NCBI RefSeq assembly: GCF_009914755.1
Contig: NC_060936.1
Strand: one strand, 5' to 3'
Length of the DNA: 64,000 bases
Source: the human T2T-CHM13v2.0 reference genome, Homo sapiens
Shown here: in pieces, positions 25,879 to 36,850 of the stretch
Numbering within the stretch: position 1 is the first letter of the stretch
Layout: each line of letters starts with the position of its first letter
Position numbers and translations under genes: made by a program
The notes under the pieces: generated by a model
What the model was told of the DNA's origin: nothing
Seen by the model: only the letters and a program-made list of their open reading frames with translations
Databases searched by the model: none

Positions 25879-26765
25879 CTGGAATGATGGAGGAGTCAGA
25901 GGTCACCCAGTGTTGAGCTTAACAGAATTAAAGGTCAAAGCATAAAGGACACATGAATCTCAGTTCTTTAAGTAAGACTCTCTCTTTCCTGCCTATGAGC
26001 TTCCTATCAGAATAGACGTCTCTTTAGTTGGTTGACTGAATAAAGTTGGGGAAAGTGGCGAATCATGAAAAAAATAAGATCTATACTTCTTAAAAATATT
26101 TTCACACAATGCATGGAAATGTACAATTGTTTGTCAATGTTTTCAGTATGGGTTTCGTAACTAGAAGTCTACTCACTTTCTCTTCCATCAACCACAGCCA
26201 CAGTATGGTACTCAGGAATCAGAGTTTTAGAGGTTTTTGTTTGTGTTTTTCAACAAAGCAACTAACCTATAATTCCAGTACAAAATCCTCCAGTAATTAT
26301 ACCTAGTTCTCTACAGTTGCTTCAACTACATTTAAGACAAAAGAATTTTTTTTAGTATGTCTGTTAAGTAAACCTACTGCTTTCAATTTAGGTTTCATAG
26401 AAATAACCCTATTTTGCCCTCTTATCTCATTGACATATGATGCTTTATTAAAGCACCTAAATTCAGTAACACACACAACCGGCATAAGCAAAACTTAGGA
26501 ATTAGGCATGCTGACTCCTGGCCAACCAGTACCCTCCCTGGTAGGAACAGACGTGGCTGGGAATGGAGAGGGACTGACCCCATACATGGTCACATGCCCT
26601 GGGCTGTGGTCAGCATGTGCAGAGGGAACAGAAAGTCAGTGTTGGGGGGTTGCTATGTGAATATCAACCAAGGAACCTTCCACTAAGTTATTATTATATG
26701 GTACACAGAGGGATCCTGCCACACTCATGTGATTAGTAAGTCCAAATGTATATACCCAAAAACAC

Positions 26766-26786
26766 AGAGAGAGAGAGAGAGAGAGA
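26766..26786. repeat. (GA)n microsatellite
   Basis: AGAGAGAGAGAGAGAGAGAGA. Confidence 0.9.
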
Positions 26787-27179
26787 ATGTAATTTGAACT
26801 GTTCAGCTAATTCAAGTCGAGGAGCCCAATCCCCCAAATGGCGAGGAGCTGAGGGACGAGCCCAATCCCCCAAGTGGAGAGGAGCTGTCCCCTCATCTGT
26901 CTCTCCAGGGGGTGAACATCTCACCATTCAGAAGCTGGTCTTGATGTTTAAAACGAAGTTTTTCATTCAAAATGGCCCTACAAAAAGGAAGCTACTTCAT
27001 CTGATACTAGACAGAAAACAATGCAATCTGCTCCAATGCCAGGCAATGGTGCTGTTTAAAGGCCCTGAGTGTAAACGTAATCCCTGAGTGATATATGGTT
27101 CAACTGCATTGTCCATATTTTTATAGCCCCCACATATTGTGTGTCACCATCCCACTGTGCCACATTCTGGGTATTAAGG

Positions 27180-27430
27180 ACCCAACTTGGAGTGGGGCAC
27201 ACTTGTGTGGGAATCCTGGCTCTCTCCTTTGCCGGATGTGTGGCCTCTGCCGGATGCATGGCCTTTGTCAACTCTATACCCTCTCTGTGCCTTGGTTTCC
27301 TCAAGTAAAATGTGGATGATAACAGAACGTACCTCACTAGGCAAGGATTAGATGAGATAATCCATCTAAGGCCTTTAGCACAAGGCCTGCCACACAGTAG
27401 GTGCACAATAAATGCTGTGGTTATTAACTT
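27180..27430 (+). mobile_element. MIR
   Basis: CTCTCTGTGCCTTGGTTTCCTCAAGTAAAATG..CACACAGTAGGTGCACAATAAATG. Confidence 0.85.
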
Positions 27431-28070
27431 CAAGTTCACAAGATGGACTCTGCAGTAAAGGATGCAGAAATAATTATTTAATTTGTCATGCCTTGTTCCA
27501 AGGCTTTTGTGAATAAAGCACTGCATTTGAAGGCTTTTATCAAATACTTTCTCATCTGTCTCATTACTAGGACCCTGGATGCAAATATTTCTTCCTGTTG
27601 AATGTACATTTTTATTCCTCTCCTGGCTGCATTAACCTGTCTTTCTTATCACTCTGGTCCTAATGCTTCAACCTAGACCTTAGAAGAATGACAGCAACAG
27701 GAACTATCATTGCATTTTTTCCTTTAGATTAAAATTGATTTTTTGATTTTATACAATCTTGCCTTTCACACATGCCTATGGGTTATTAACATTTAGTCAG
27801 AACATCTGTTTCATTTCTATACCCCATTTCCTCTGCCTACCAATTGGAAGAAAAATCTCCTGAGTTTTCCATCAACTCACTTTAGGTAATTTTTGATTTA
27901 TCCCTGAGTGAGAGCTGAAATTGCTCAGCCTTCCCTAGTGTTCCCTCAAGCTCTTGTGTCAGCCAATAGCAGCTTTCTCTCCCTCCTCTTTGCCTTCTCT
28001 TTCTCACACTCGCTCATACAAAGCAAACTTAACTGACCCCAAATGCAAAGGAACATCTCTCCAGGATCTC

Positions 28071-28407
28071 TGTCTTAGCTCAGGTTGCTATAAGAAAATA
28101 TCACAGACTGGGTGGATAAGCAACAGAAATATATTCCTCGCAGTTCTGGAGGCCAGAAGTATGAGATCAGGGTGCCAGCAGGGTGAGGGCTCTACCAGGT
28201 TGCAGACAGCAGACTTCTCACCATTCCCTTGCACAGTGGAAACTTGCTGAGGTCTCTTTTAGAAGGGCACTAACCCCATTCATGAGGATTCCACCTGCAT
28301 GACCTCATCACTCCCCAAAAGGCCCCACCTCCTAATACCATCCCCGTGGTGGTGGTTAGGATTTTAACTTATGAATTTAAAGAGACACAAACATTCATTC
28401 CACTGCA
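28071..28407 (-). mobile_element. MLT1A/MLT1A0 LTR (MaLR)
   Basis: TGTCTTAG..CAGTTCTGGAGGCCAGAAG..GGGCACTAACCCCATTCATGAGG..GACACAAACATTCA. Confidence 0.85.
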
Positions 28408-29447
28408 GAACCTAATTTATAACACTGGGGCAAAGTCAAAATAAAATACCCTCCTCCCCCTGTATTCAGATGGTGCCGACTTCATCCTGCACCATCCCAC
28501 TGTCTCTGCTCCCCGAGTCTCTGACATGTGAGCTGATTTGCAGGACTTGATCTTCCCACTGATGCTCATACCCAGCACCCAGGGGAGGGCCTGGCCAACA
28601 ATCCACACTCAGGAAAGATCAGGTGAAAGAGTGAATGTCAGAGAAGTGGAGGACGGGCCCAGGTTCCCAGAACCATTCCGCCATGTCCTTGTCACAGACA
28701 CAGACTGGTACACAGGCTCCAAATCATCATAAGAACTCAATGTGGGCTCTTTCCAGGAAGTCGTCACCTGCCACAGGTCACAGACAATGTTCTAGGATCC
28801 ATACCAGAGCTGGTACAGCTGGTGATCACCAGAGAAGCTGAGAGAAATTGCCCAACTACTCTATAAATAATAGTGTGTGATTCAGACCTGCCAGTGAAAG
28901 AAAAAATGACCCCCTCCCTGAGAACCTTTCAAAAATATCAGAAGATCACAGCAAGCAAAGCACAGTTTCTTAACAAAATCAATCTTTCAGTGTATCATTT
29001 CACAGTTAGGACACAAAAAGCACAAACATGACATTCTCGATAGAAAATAAAAACACTTCAGCAGATCACACACTTTCCAACCTGTTTCTTTGCCCCAGCA
29101 TTTCTAGGAAGTCGTTCTGCTGATCCTCTGCCAAGTTTGCTAAGCAAATGGCAGCGTCAGCACTCTGCTAAGTGGGTAATTCGCTCTCAGGATTCCAGTT
29201 CACAGTGGTGGTTATTTGGGGCTGACTCACCCTGTTCTAGCTTTCAGGATACTGGTGAGCACTGCCAACGTTCTCTCCTGGGCAGCTGGACGCATCCTTC
29301 TCAGCACATCTATTTCTATTCTCCATCCTAAGGTCAGCTCTCCCCACCCAATACCTTGCACATACACTCCTGGCCTCAGGTGGAGCTGCCTTCCAGTCTC
29401 TGCAAGCTGAAGGGCAGCTTTCCTTTACTTCCAGAACCATAACCACC

Positions 29448-30058
29448 TGTATTACATTCCCACTACGGCCCTAACAAATCACCACAAACTTAGTGGCTTA
29501 GACAACACAAATATATTTTCTTGCAGTTCTGTAAGTCAGAAGTCCGATGTGGACCTCACTGGACTAACATCAAGGTATCCACAGGCTGTTTTCCTTTCTG
29601 GAGCCCCTAGGGGAGGATCATTTGCTGGTGTACTCAGGCTGCTGGCAGAATTCCCTTGTGGTTATCGAACTGAGATCCCTGTTTCCTCGTTGGCTGGCTG
29701 GCTCAGGGCCTTCCCAACTTCTAGGGGCCATGTGCATGCCTTGGCACCCTCCTCTACCTTCCAGGCCAGCAATAGGGTGAGGTTCTCAAACAGTCTCTCT
29801 TGCTTCTGGCTCATCTCTCTGACCCAGCTGAGAAAGTTATCCTATTTTAGGGACTCACGTGATGACACTGGGCTCACCTAGACACGGGCTCACCTGGACA
29901 CTGGGCTCACCTGGACAACCCAGGATGCTCTCCCTATCTCAAGGTCCAAACCCCTCATCGCATCTGCAAAGCCTTTTATCCTATGTGAGGCGACATATTT
30001 ATAGGTTGCAGAGATTAGGGTCTGGGCATATTTGGGGGCCATTGTTCTGCCAAACACA
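29448..30058 (-). mobile_element. MLT1E-like LTR (MaLR)
   Basis: TGTATT..AACAAATCACCACAAACTTAGTGGCTTA..CATCTGCAAAG..GGGGGCCATTGTTCTGCC..CA, about 610 bp. Confidence 0.8.
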
Positions 30059-30897
30059 CCAGGATGGACTTGAATCAAGGGTTGCTGAGAGCAGCAGCTG
30101 TGTGAGCTTGCCTAAGGACAGCCCAAAGCCAGGGTGAGAAGGGGGCTGCAGACTGAGCCCCAGGCTCTTCACCTTCCCACTCCTGCCTACCAACTGTGCT
30201 AATTTCACCTTTGACACATTCCATTAGAGAAAGAATTGCAGTATTTTAATTGTCTATTAACCAGAATACCTTTGACAATTCCCAGGCATGGTCAAAAGTA
30301 AAGTTGAAGAAATCCATTTACTAGTCAGAAACACACACTCTGCTAACTCACAAAGCACTGAAATAAATGTCACTAAATTCTGCAGTGAATTCACCATCAG
30401 GTGCTAATCAAGCATGAAAATTTAATTCCTAAGAGGAATCTTTTAATAAAGTCATGTGTGACTGAAAATGAGGGGGCTAATGAAATTATTTTGGGGACAG
30501 TGTCTGGACATTTTACACACAAATGCTGCTCATTGGAAGTTATTTGAATATTCCATTGCCAACAGATGATAGAAAGAGAGATTTTCTAATGCTATAAGGC
30601 AGGAATGAAAAGACCCACAGAAGGCATCTGCAGTTTGGGGCTACTGAAATGACGGATAAATATTCACAGCCCATCATCCTGGGGCTGCCAAGGAAGAATT
30701 TAGATAATGTGACTCTCGAGATTTTACTGGTATTTTCCCAATTCTGGAATGTTTTCCTTTTATAAAATCCATGATTCTACAGCAGTGCTGCCTTCATGTT
30801 CAGGCCCAAAACTGTAGACTTCATCCATTACCTCCCTCATCATCTCACGCCCCATGTCTAATTTCCTCTAGGTCCTACAAGGTCTGCCTGTAATATA

Positions 30898-31215
30898 TGT
30901 CATCTTAGTTTCTGCCCTCCCAGGAACAGGCAGGCCCGGGACAAAGATTCAGGACGAGCAGTGTATTTGGTAGGTGACCCCAGGAAACACTGGTAAGAGA
31001 AGGGAGAATGGGGCAGGATGAGGCGGCAGTTAGCAAAGAATTTGTTTCCAAGTGTTACCTCTGTGGCAACCAGAGCTTTATCCCACTGGGAAATCTGAGA
31101 ATCCAGGTAGGACACAGGCCTCAGAGTTATCCTCCTCCCACGGATGAGGGAGTTGGGGTACTGATACACCAATTCCCATCAGTCATCGGGGGAGGCTGTT
31201 CCTGGAGGGTGTCAA
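30898..31215 (-). mobile_element. LTR16-family (ERVL) LTR fragment
   Basis: TATTTGGTAGGTGACCCCAGGAAACACTGGT..CTCAGAGTTATCC..CTGATACACCAATTCCCATCAGTCA. Confidence 0.65.
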
Positions 31216-31259
31216 AAGCCAGCACTTTCTGTTTGTCATGCAAGTGAGGATGCAGTTGG

Positions 31260-31410
31260 AGGAAGGTTTGGAGAGTAATGGGCTATGTTCACAACCTTGA
31301 TTGTGATGATGGTTACATGGGTGTGTGCATGTGTCAAACCTTATCAAGCTTCATCAAACTTAATGTGCAGATTATTACATATCAATTACCCTTAATAAAT
31401 GTGGTTTTGA
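31260..31410 (+). mobile_element. Old L1M 3' end fragment
   Basis: CTTGATTGTGATGATGGTTACATGGGTGTG..TCAATTACCCTTAATAAA. Confidence 0.7.
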
Positions 31411-31414
31411 TAAA

Positions 31415-32110
31415 ACCCCAAGGGATTCTCATGGGAATCAGAATAAAAACCCAAACCCTTTACTTCAGGCTGCTGCTCCTCATAGCACCTGGCCCCACCT
31501 ACATTGCTTCCCACATCTCTAATGAAATTTTCTCTTCTCTCCACACTCCAGCCCAGGTCCCACCTTAGCTAGTTTGTTCTTGCCATTTGCTCTTCCTGCA
31601 ATACTTTTCCCCAACACCTCAGCTTGACTGTGAACTCCCAGAAAGCTCCCCTTGACCATTCTTTCTAAATTAGCATTCATGTACATACACACACATAAAA
31701 ACACAAACCCCTACACACTCACACATGTATACCTACAAACACCTCCACACTTACGGATACACACATACCCCTACAAATTCACATATATGCATACACACCT
31801 ACTTACAAGTCCACACACACAAACTGCACTTAAGTTTGCACATAAACACACATCTACACACTTACACACACATGCACAGACACACACTACCTACCGCTAC
31901 CCTGCATCACTGTCCTCAGAACACACATCACCACCTGGAATCATTGTGTCCATGATTCTGTTACTTGCTTATTGTCAGCCTCTGCCCCTATAACATTAAC
32001 TCATCAGGGCAGGAACCGTGTCTGACCTGTTCAGTGTCTCATCCCCACTTTCCAGAACATTCCCCAGCATGCGGTAGGTGCTCAATGAATAGCTGTTGGA
32101 TGATAAATGA
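31415..32110 (+). mobile_element. L2 3' end interrupted by a CA-rich low-complexity tract (~31680-31890)
   Basis: CAGAATAAAAACCCAAAC..GGGCAGGAACCGTGTCTG..GTAGGTGCTCAATGAATAGCTGTTGGATGA. Confidence 0.7.
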
Positions 32111-33409
32111 GGCTTCAACAAGGTCCAGGAGTGTACCAGTGACCCCACACCCTGGGAATGAATGAGATGAACCACATCCACTCAATACCATCCTCATGGT
32201 TCCCACAGTGTCCTCCTTTTCCAATTCTTTGTACCCACCAATCACAGCCTCCCACTGATGACTGATGGGAATTGGTGTTATCAGTTACCCATGTTAACTT
32301 ATAAATGTAGACACTGACCAGTGGCAGATGTACTAGTAGAGACCCATCCTATCTTCCCCATTAAATACAAGACCATGGCCAATTCTGGAACTTAGACTCT
32401 TCATCTTTAAACAGGGATAACATCATACCTGTCTTATAGGCCAGTGTGAGGATTCATGGAGACCAGGCAAGGCATATGAGTGCCTTGTCCTCCCGACACA
32501 CAGCAAGCTCTCACCAATATGGGTCATTTTCACACATCAGTCTGAGGCCTGTTCCTCAGAGCCTGTGGGGCAGATTTTCATGTGATCACTCTAGATAGGG
32601 AGTGTGCACCATCCCAGTGATTAATGGAAACCACTCATGTTAACTTATGAATGTAGTCACTGACCAGTGGCAGATGTGGAATGGTTCTGTGTAGAGTCTG
32701 AATGTGATTCTGAATATTGGTTTTATTTGATCTCTTCTGAATGTATTTCTACAGTGTATACCTTTAAATGTGTATGTCTTCTTTTAAATTCATACAGTGC
32801 CAACCAGTGTTATACGATTTGTTTTTCTAAGCTTTTAAATTAATGAAATAGTTGTGTACCTGCCCCCCAGTCTTACTGACCTAAGAACAGGTCTAACAGA
32901 TTTAGGGAGTACACACTCTGAGCCTAAGATCCCCTGTTTATAAGTTGTGAACTCTCCACTCAGAAGTGATAACTCATTAGAGATGCTCTAACCCATGTTC
33001 ATGAGCTTTGAAAAACCATCTGAGAGCCCAGAGGAGAGATCAGTGGACAACAACACTAGAATGAAACCCCAATTCTATGGCATAAACAGGAGAAATTGAA
33101 ACAATATAAATAAAATATTTAAAAGTAGTTGGAAATGATAAGAATAAACAGAATGATAAGGAGAACAAATCAGAATTAATGAAACAGATGTACCAGGTGC
33201 AAATAAATGAACCCTAATCCTTGCAGAAGAGGTTGTCATAGGGAATAAAGATAACAGCTCTGGGCCCTGGAATGCAAGACAACAGGACAACAGCTGGACC
33301 TGGGCAACAGACAAGCCAAATGTGACTGGAAAGGAATCTATGTCTGACTGCTGTCCAAGACTCTGCTGTTCTATTACAAGAGCTGCCTTTGGCTAATCCA
33401 TGCAAAGCA

Positions 33410-33680
33410 AAGGTTTCAGGCAGTAACAAGCAATCCCCAAATCTCCAGGGCTTAAAAAGCCACTGTCAGTTTCTTCCCTATGCCATACACCCATGACAGA
33501 TCACAGGGGCTCTCTGCTCACTGTAACCACTGCAGGGCCCCTGCTGCTGCTGCCCTCTGCGTGCCAGAGGGAGTGGGTTCTGGAGAGACTCACCACTCAA
33601 ATCAAACGCTCTGGGATGGAAGTGACCCATGATGCCTCAATTCAACAGTCCCATTCTTCCAGGTGAGGGTGACTGACTCC
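33410..33680 (-). mobile_element. MLT1-family LTR fragment
   Basis: GCAGTAACAAGCAATCCCCAAATCTC..GGAAGTGACCCATG. Confidence 0.55.
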
Positions 33681-34179
33681 AATACACGGGGGGAAAAACA
33701 GTCTCTCCAGTGGGGCCACACTCTGCACAGTGGGGACAGAGGAGGGACCAGCAGCGTTGACTGGGGATCTGGGACAGCTTCCAAGGAGCTCAGGTGAGAA
33801 GAGCCTTGAAGTTGAAGAGTATCTCAAGGAAGGCCCAGCCTCGGCTGTTTCTGGAGGCACATGGAGGTCTGGGTTCTGTGCAGGGTTCAGCCTTGGCCTT
33901 TTCAGATTCCCGCTCCTTGACTGCTGATATGGATCCCCCCTCTCCCCCGCACTGAGGGTGGACAGCAGAGCCGTGGGGTCTGAGCCTTTTCTCCACTGTG
34001 GGACAGACTTACAGCGCGGGCGAGTGCTCCCTGCATCTGGACACAGCTGTGGGGCTGTTGTGGCCCCATCTTAGGCCTTGTTTCTAGGAGACGTTCCCAC
34101 CGGAGGGAGTCTCTCTTCATCTTCCCCAGGTGATTCAGGAGCTCTGGGTGTCATTAGGTTGCATTTTTCATTCCCAGAT

Positions 34180-35900
34180 CGAGCGGAAATCCCAGCCTGG
34201 CGTCTCCCACCAGCACTCACGTGCGTATCTACAGCTCATACCTTGGGACGTCTGGGCGTGACGTCAGCTTCCGAGTTCACGAATCAGACAATTAGATTAA
34301 AAATTCAAATTCCACTTGGAACTCCCAGACCTCCGAAGCTCGGCGTGTTCTGCACTCAGTGGCCACAGAGCCCGGGTCCTGGCGCGGATGCGCTGGGGCT
34401 GAACTCCTACTCCTGACAGCGCCGTCCAGAGAGGTGCGGCCCGCGGCGGGGCTGGGGGAGCTGGGGACCCGCGGGCCCAGAGGAGGCGCAGGACGAGGGG
34501 GGCCGAGCCCCACCAGGACCGTGCCGGAGGCCTGAAGGCCGTGCCTGGTGCCCGGGCAGGTGTGAGGAGGCTGAGCCCCCGACAGCATCCTCTCTCTTCG
34601 TTCCCAGTCCCCACGTGGGGCCTTGGGTCACAGACTCCAGATACGCGGAGGGTCTTGCCCCCTCTTTCCAGGACCACCCGAGTTTCACTCAGGAGCCCGC
34701 CCACCCCTGGCTGGGACCCTGGGACCCCCACGGATGTCCTTGGTCTATGGAGCGGCCTCTAGCCCCGGGTGTGGTTGGAAACCACTGTATTCTGGTTCTG
34801 TGATTGGTGCAGGGCTGGTCACATGGCCTGAGCAAGTCCAATCACTGTGAGCATCAGGGTTTGTTCCCTGGCCAATGGGAAAGGCTCTTACACTTTCACT
34901 GGTTGTACTCTGGACCAGTGATTGGTGCAGGGCTGGCCACATGGCCCAGCCAGTCCAATCAGAGTGCATGCCAGGCCTTGCCTCAGGGATAGCGGAAGAG
35001 CCTCTCATGTGAGAGGAACTGGAAGAGACTGTAGCCTCCATCTTGTCCTATTGATGGGGCCCCTAAGGGGCAGTCTGAGGGGCACAGGCCCTAGATTGGG
35101 TCATTAGTGGGGCCAGAGCAGCCCCGATCTGAGATGCCTTCAGAGCAGAAGGTCCAGATCTGAGATGGAAAAAAACATCACTGGAGCCCTAGATCCAGCC
35201 GAGCCTGCAGCCAGACTTGTACTGCAGCAGTTGCCAGGGCCAGGTCTCCTCCTCGCTTTTATTTCCTTGAGCTCATTTGAGGATTTCTGTGGCTTCCAGC
35301 CCGATCCACACAAAGCCGGATCAGGATCCAGAACCCGGATCTCGCCTCTTCCCCCTCTGCCGTCCTGAGCCTGGGCTCATGGCCTCAGTTTCCCTGGCTG
35401 TGAAAGGAGCCGGGAAAGCGCGGGCATCAGGAGCACGAGGGGCCTCAGGACAGCGCGGGTGACCCTGGGCCAACCGAGCCTCGATGCCAGCCCCAAGCCC
35501 GTGGAGCCCGCTGTCCCCTTGTATGTCGGCGGCAGACAGAGGGACAGGGTCAGGTGGGGCAGAGTCCACAGAAGGCCCACTGCACTCGCTACCTGGGCAG
35601 TAGGGGAGCCGCCCAAGCCGGGCCTCCGACGTCCCCTGGTTGGAGGGCGAGTGGTTCAGGCTCACTCCCGAGGGTCCTGACCAGCAGAAGGAGGGGCCCA
35701 GGGACAGGTGAGGAGATGCAGTCCTGGTCCCGGCGAGGACAGCGGCCGGCTCTTCCCGTGGCCCGGAGGGCCCTGTCGGAAACAGCTTGAGGACCCGGAG
35801 TTCCCAGGAGTCTCCTGCCAGCCTTCGTCTCTGCCTGCCCCTCTCGCCATAGTAGCGGGAAGGGTGGTAGGAACACGTGGGTATTCACGAGGCCCCACGC
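34180..35900. promoter_or_regulatory. CpG-rich promoter/enhancer-like region
   Basis: Dense CpG at 34340-34580 and 35410-35900. TGACGTCA 34259-34266; CACGTG 34218-34223 and 34612-34617; five CCAAT/ATTGG boxes in 34803-34959. Confidence 0.55.
34780..35230 (+). mobile_element. MLT1K/L-like LTR within the CpG-rich block
   Basis: GTGATTGGTGCAGGGCTGG(T/C)CACATGGCC..GTCCAATCA present twice, then GAGCCCTAGATCCAGCCGAGCCTGCAGCC. Confidence 0.6.
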
Positions 35901-35914
35901 CTGGATGAAACCCA

Positions 35915-36850
35915 GACATCACATCGGGGTACAAATTGTGATGGCAAAACACACAAGTGAGGCTCATGAGACAGACGTCACCACACAGACACCGCCATAC
36001 AGCCAGTATAGGCAAATAACCCACAAAATGAGATCAGTAGCTCACATGGAGAAACATGAAACTGTTAACACAGAGCACAGAAGCACAGCAAACATGGGGT
36101 GGCACACACAGGTCACAGAGGACATGCACAGGAATCACACCTCCGCAGCATGCATGGACCGGTGACACACAGGGGAGGATACAAAGAGACTCACACAGCA
36201 ACACAAACAAGCACCAACACACGCAAGTGACATGTACAAGTGACAAAAGATGGTGATACATTCAGTAACATGGGCAACGTGGACACAGGTGATGGCACAA
36301 CACACAGGAGAAGCCCACACTATGACACTAACACACCACACGAGTGACCCACCCAAGTGAGTGCACGTGCAGGCTGCACACAAACGGGTGACACACAGAG
36401 GCAGCAAATTCAGGTGACATATAGTCAGTACACATGAATAATGCATGGGAAAACACCCAAAGAAATGCAGCCAGATGATACACATATAGACATCACACAC
36501 GCGCACACACACACACACCAAGTAGCACAGGGGAGCATGTGGTGGTCAGGTAACACAGATTTAACATACATCAGCATAAATGTAACAAACCACATACAAA
36601 GATAACAGACACCAGTGCACAGGAAGCACTCACAGGTGATACAGTCACAGCCAGCACACACAGGCAGCACATCAAACACAAGGAAACAGCACACATATGG
36701 CACTCACAGGTGACACACAGCATTACGCATGTAGGCCATACCTATGTAACACACATTGGCAGTCCCTAAGTCACACCCATGGGCAATTCATATGGGAACC
36801 AGATAGGTAAGGCAGGGCCACTCAGGCAGCACACAGGTAACACATACACG
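35915..36850. repeat. Degenerate CA-rich low-complexity tract
   Basis: About 900 bp of ACAC/ACAG/CACAT words with no fixed period. Confidence 0.75.
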
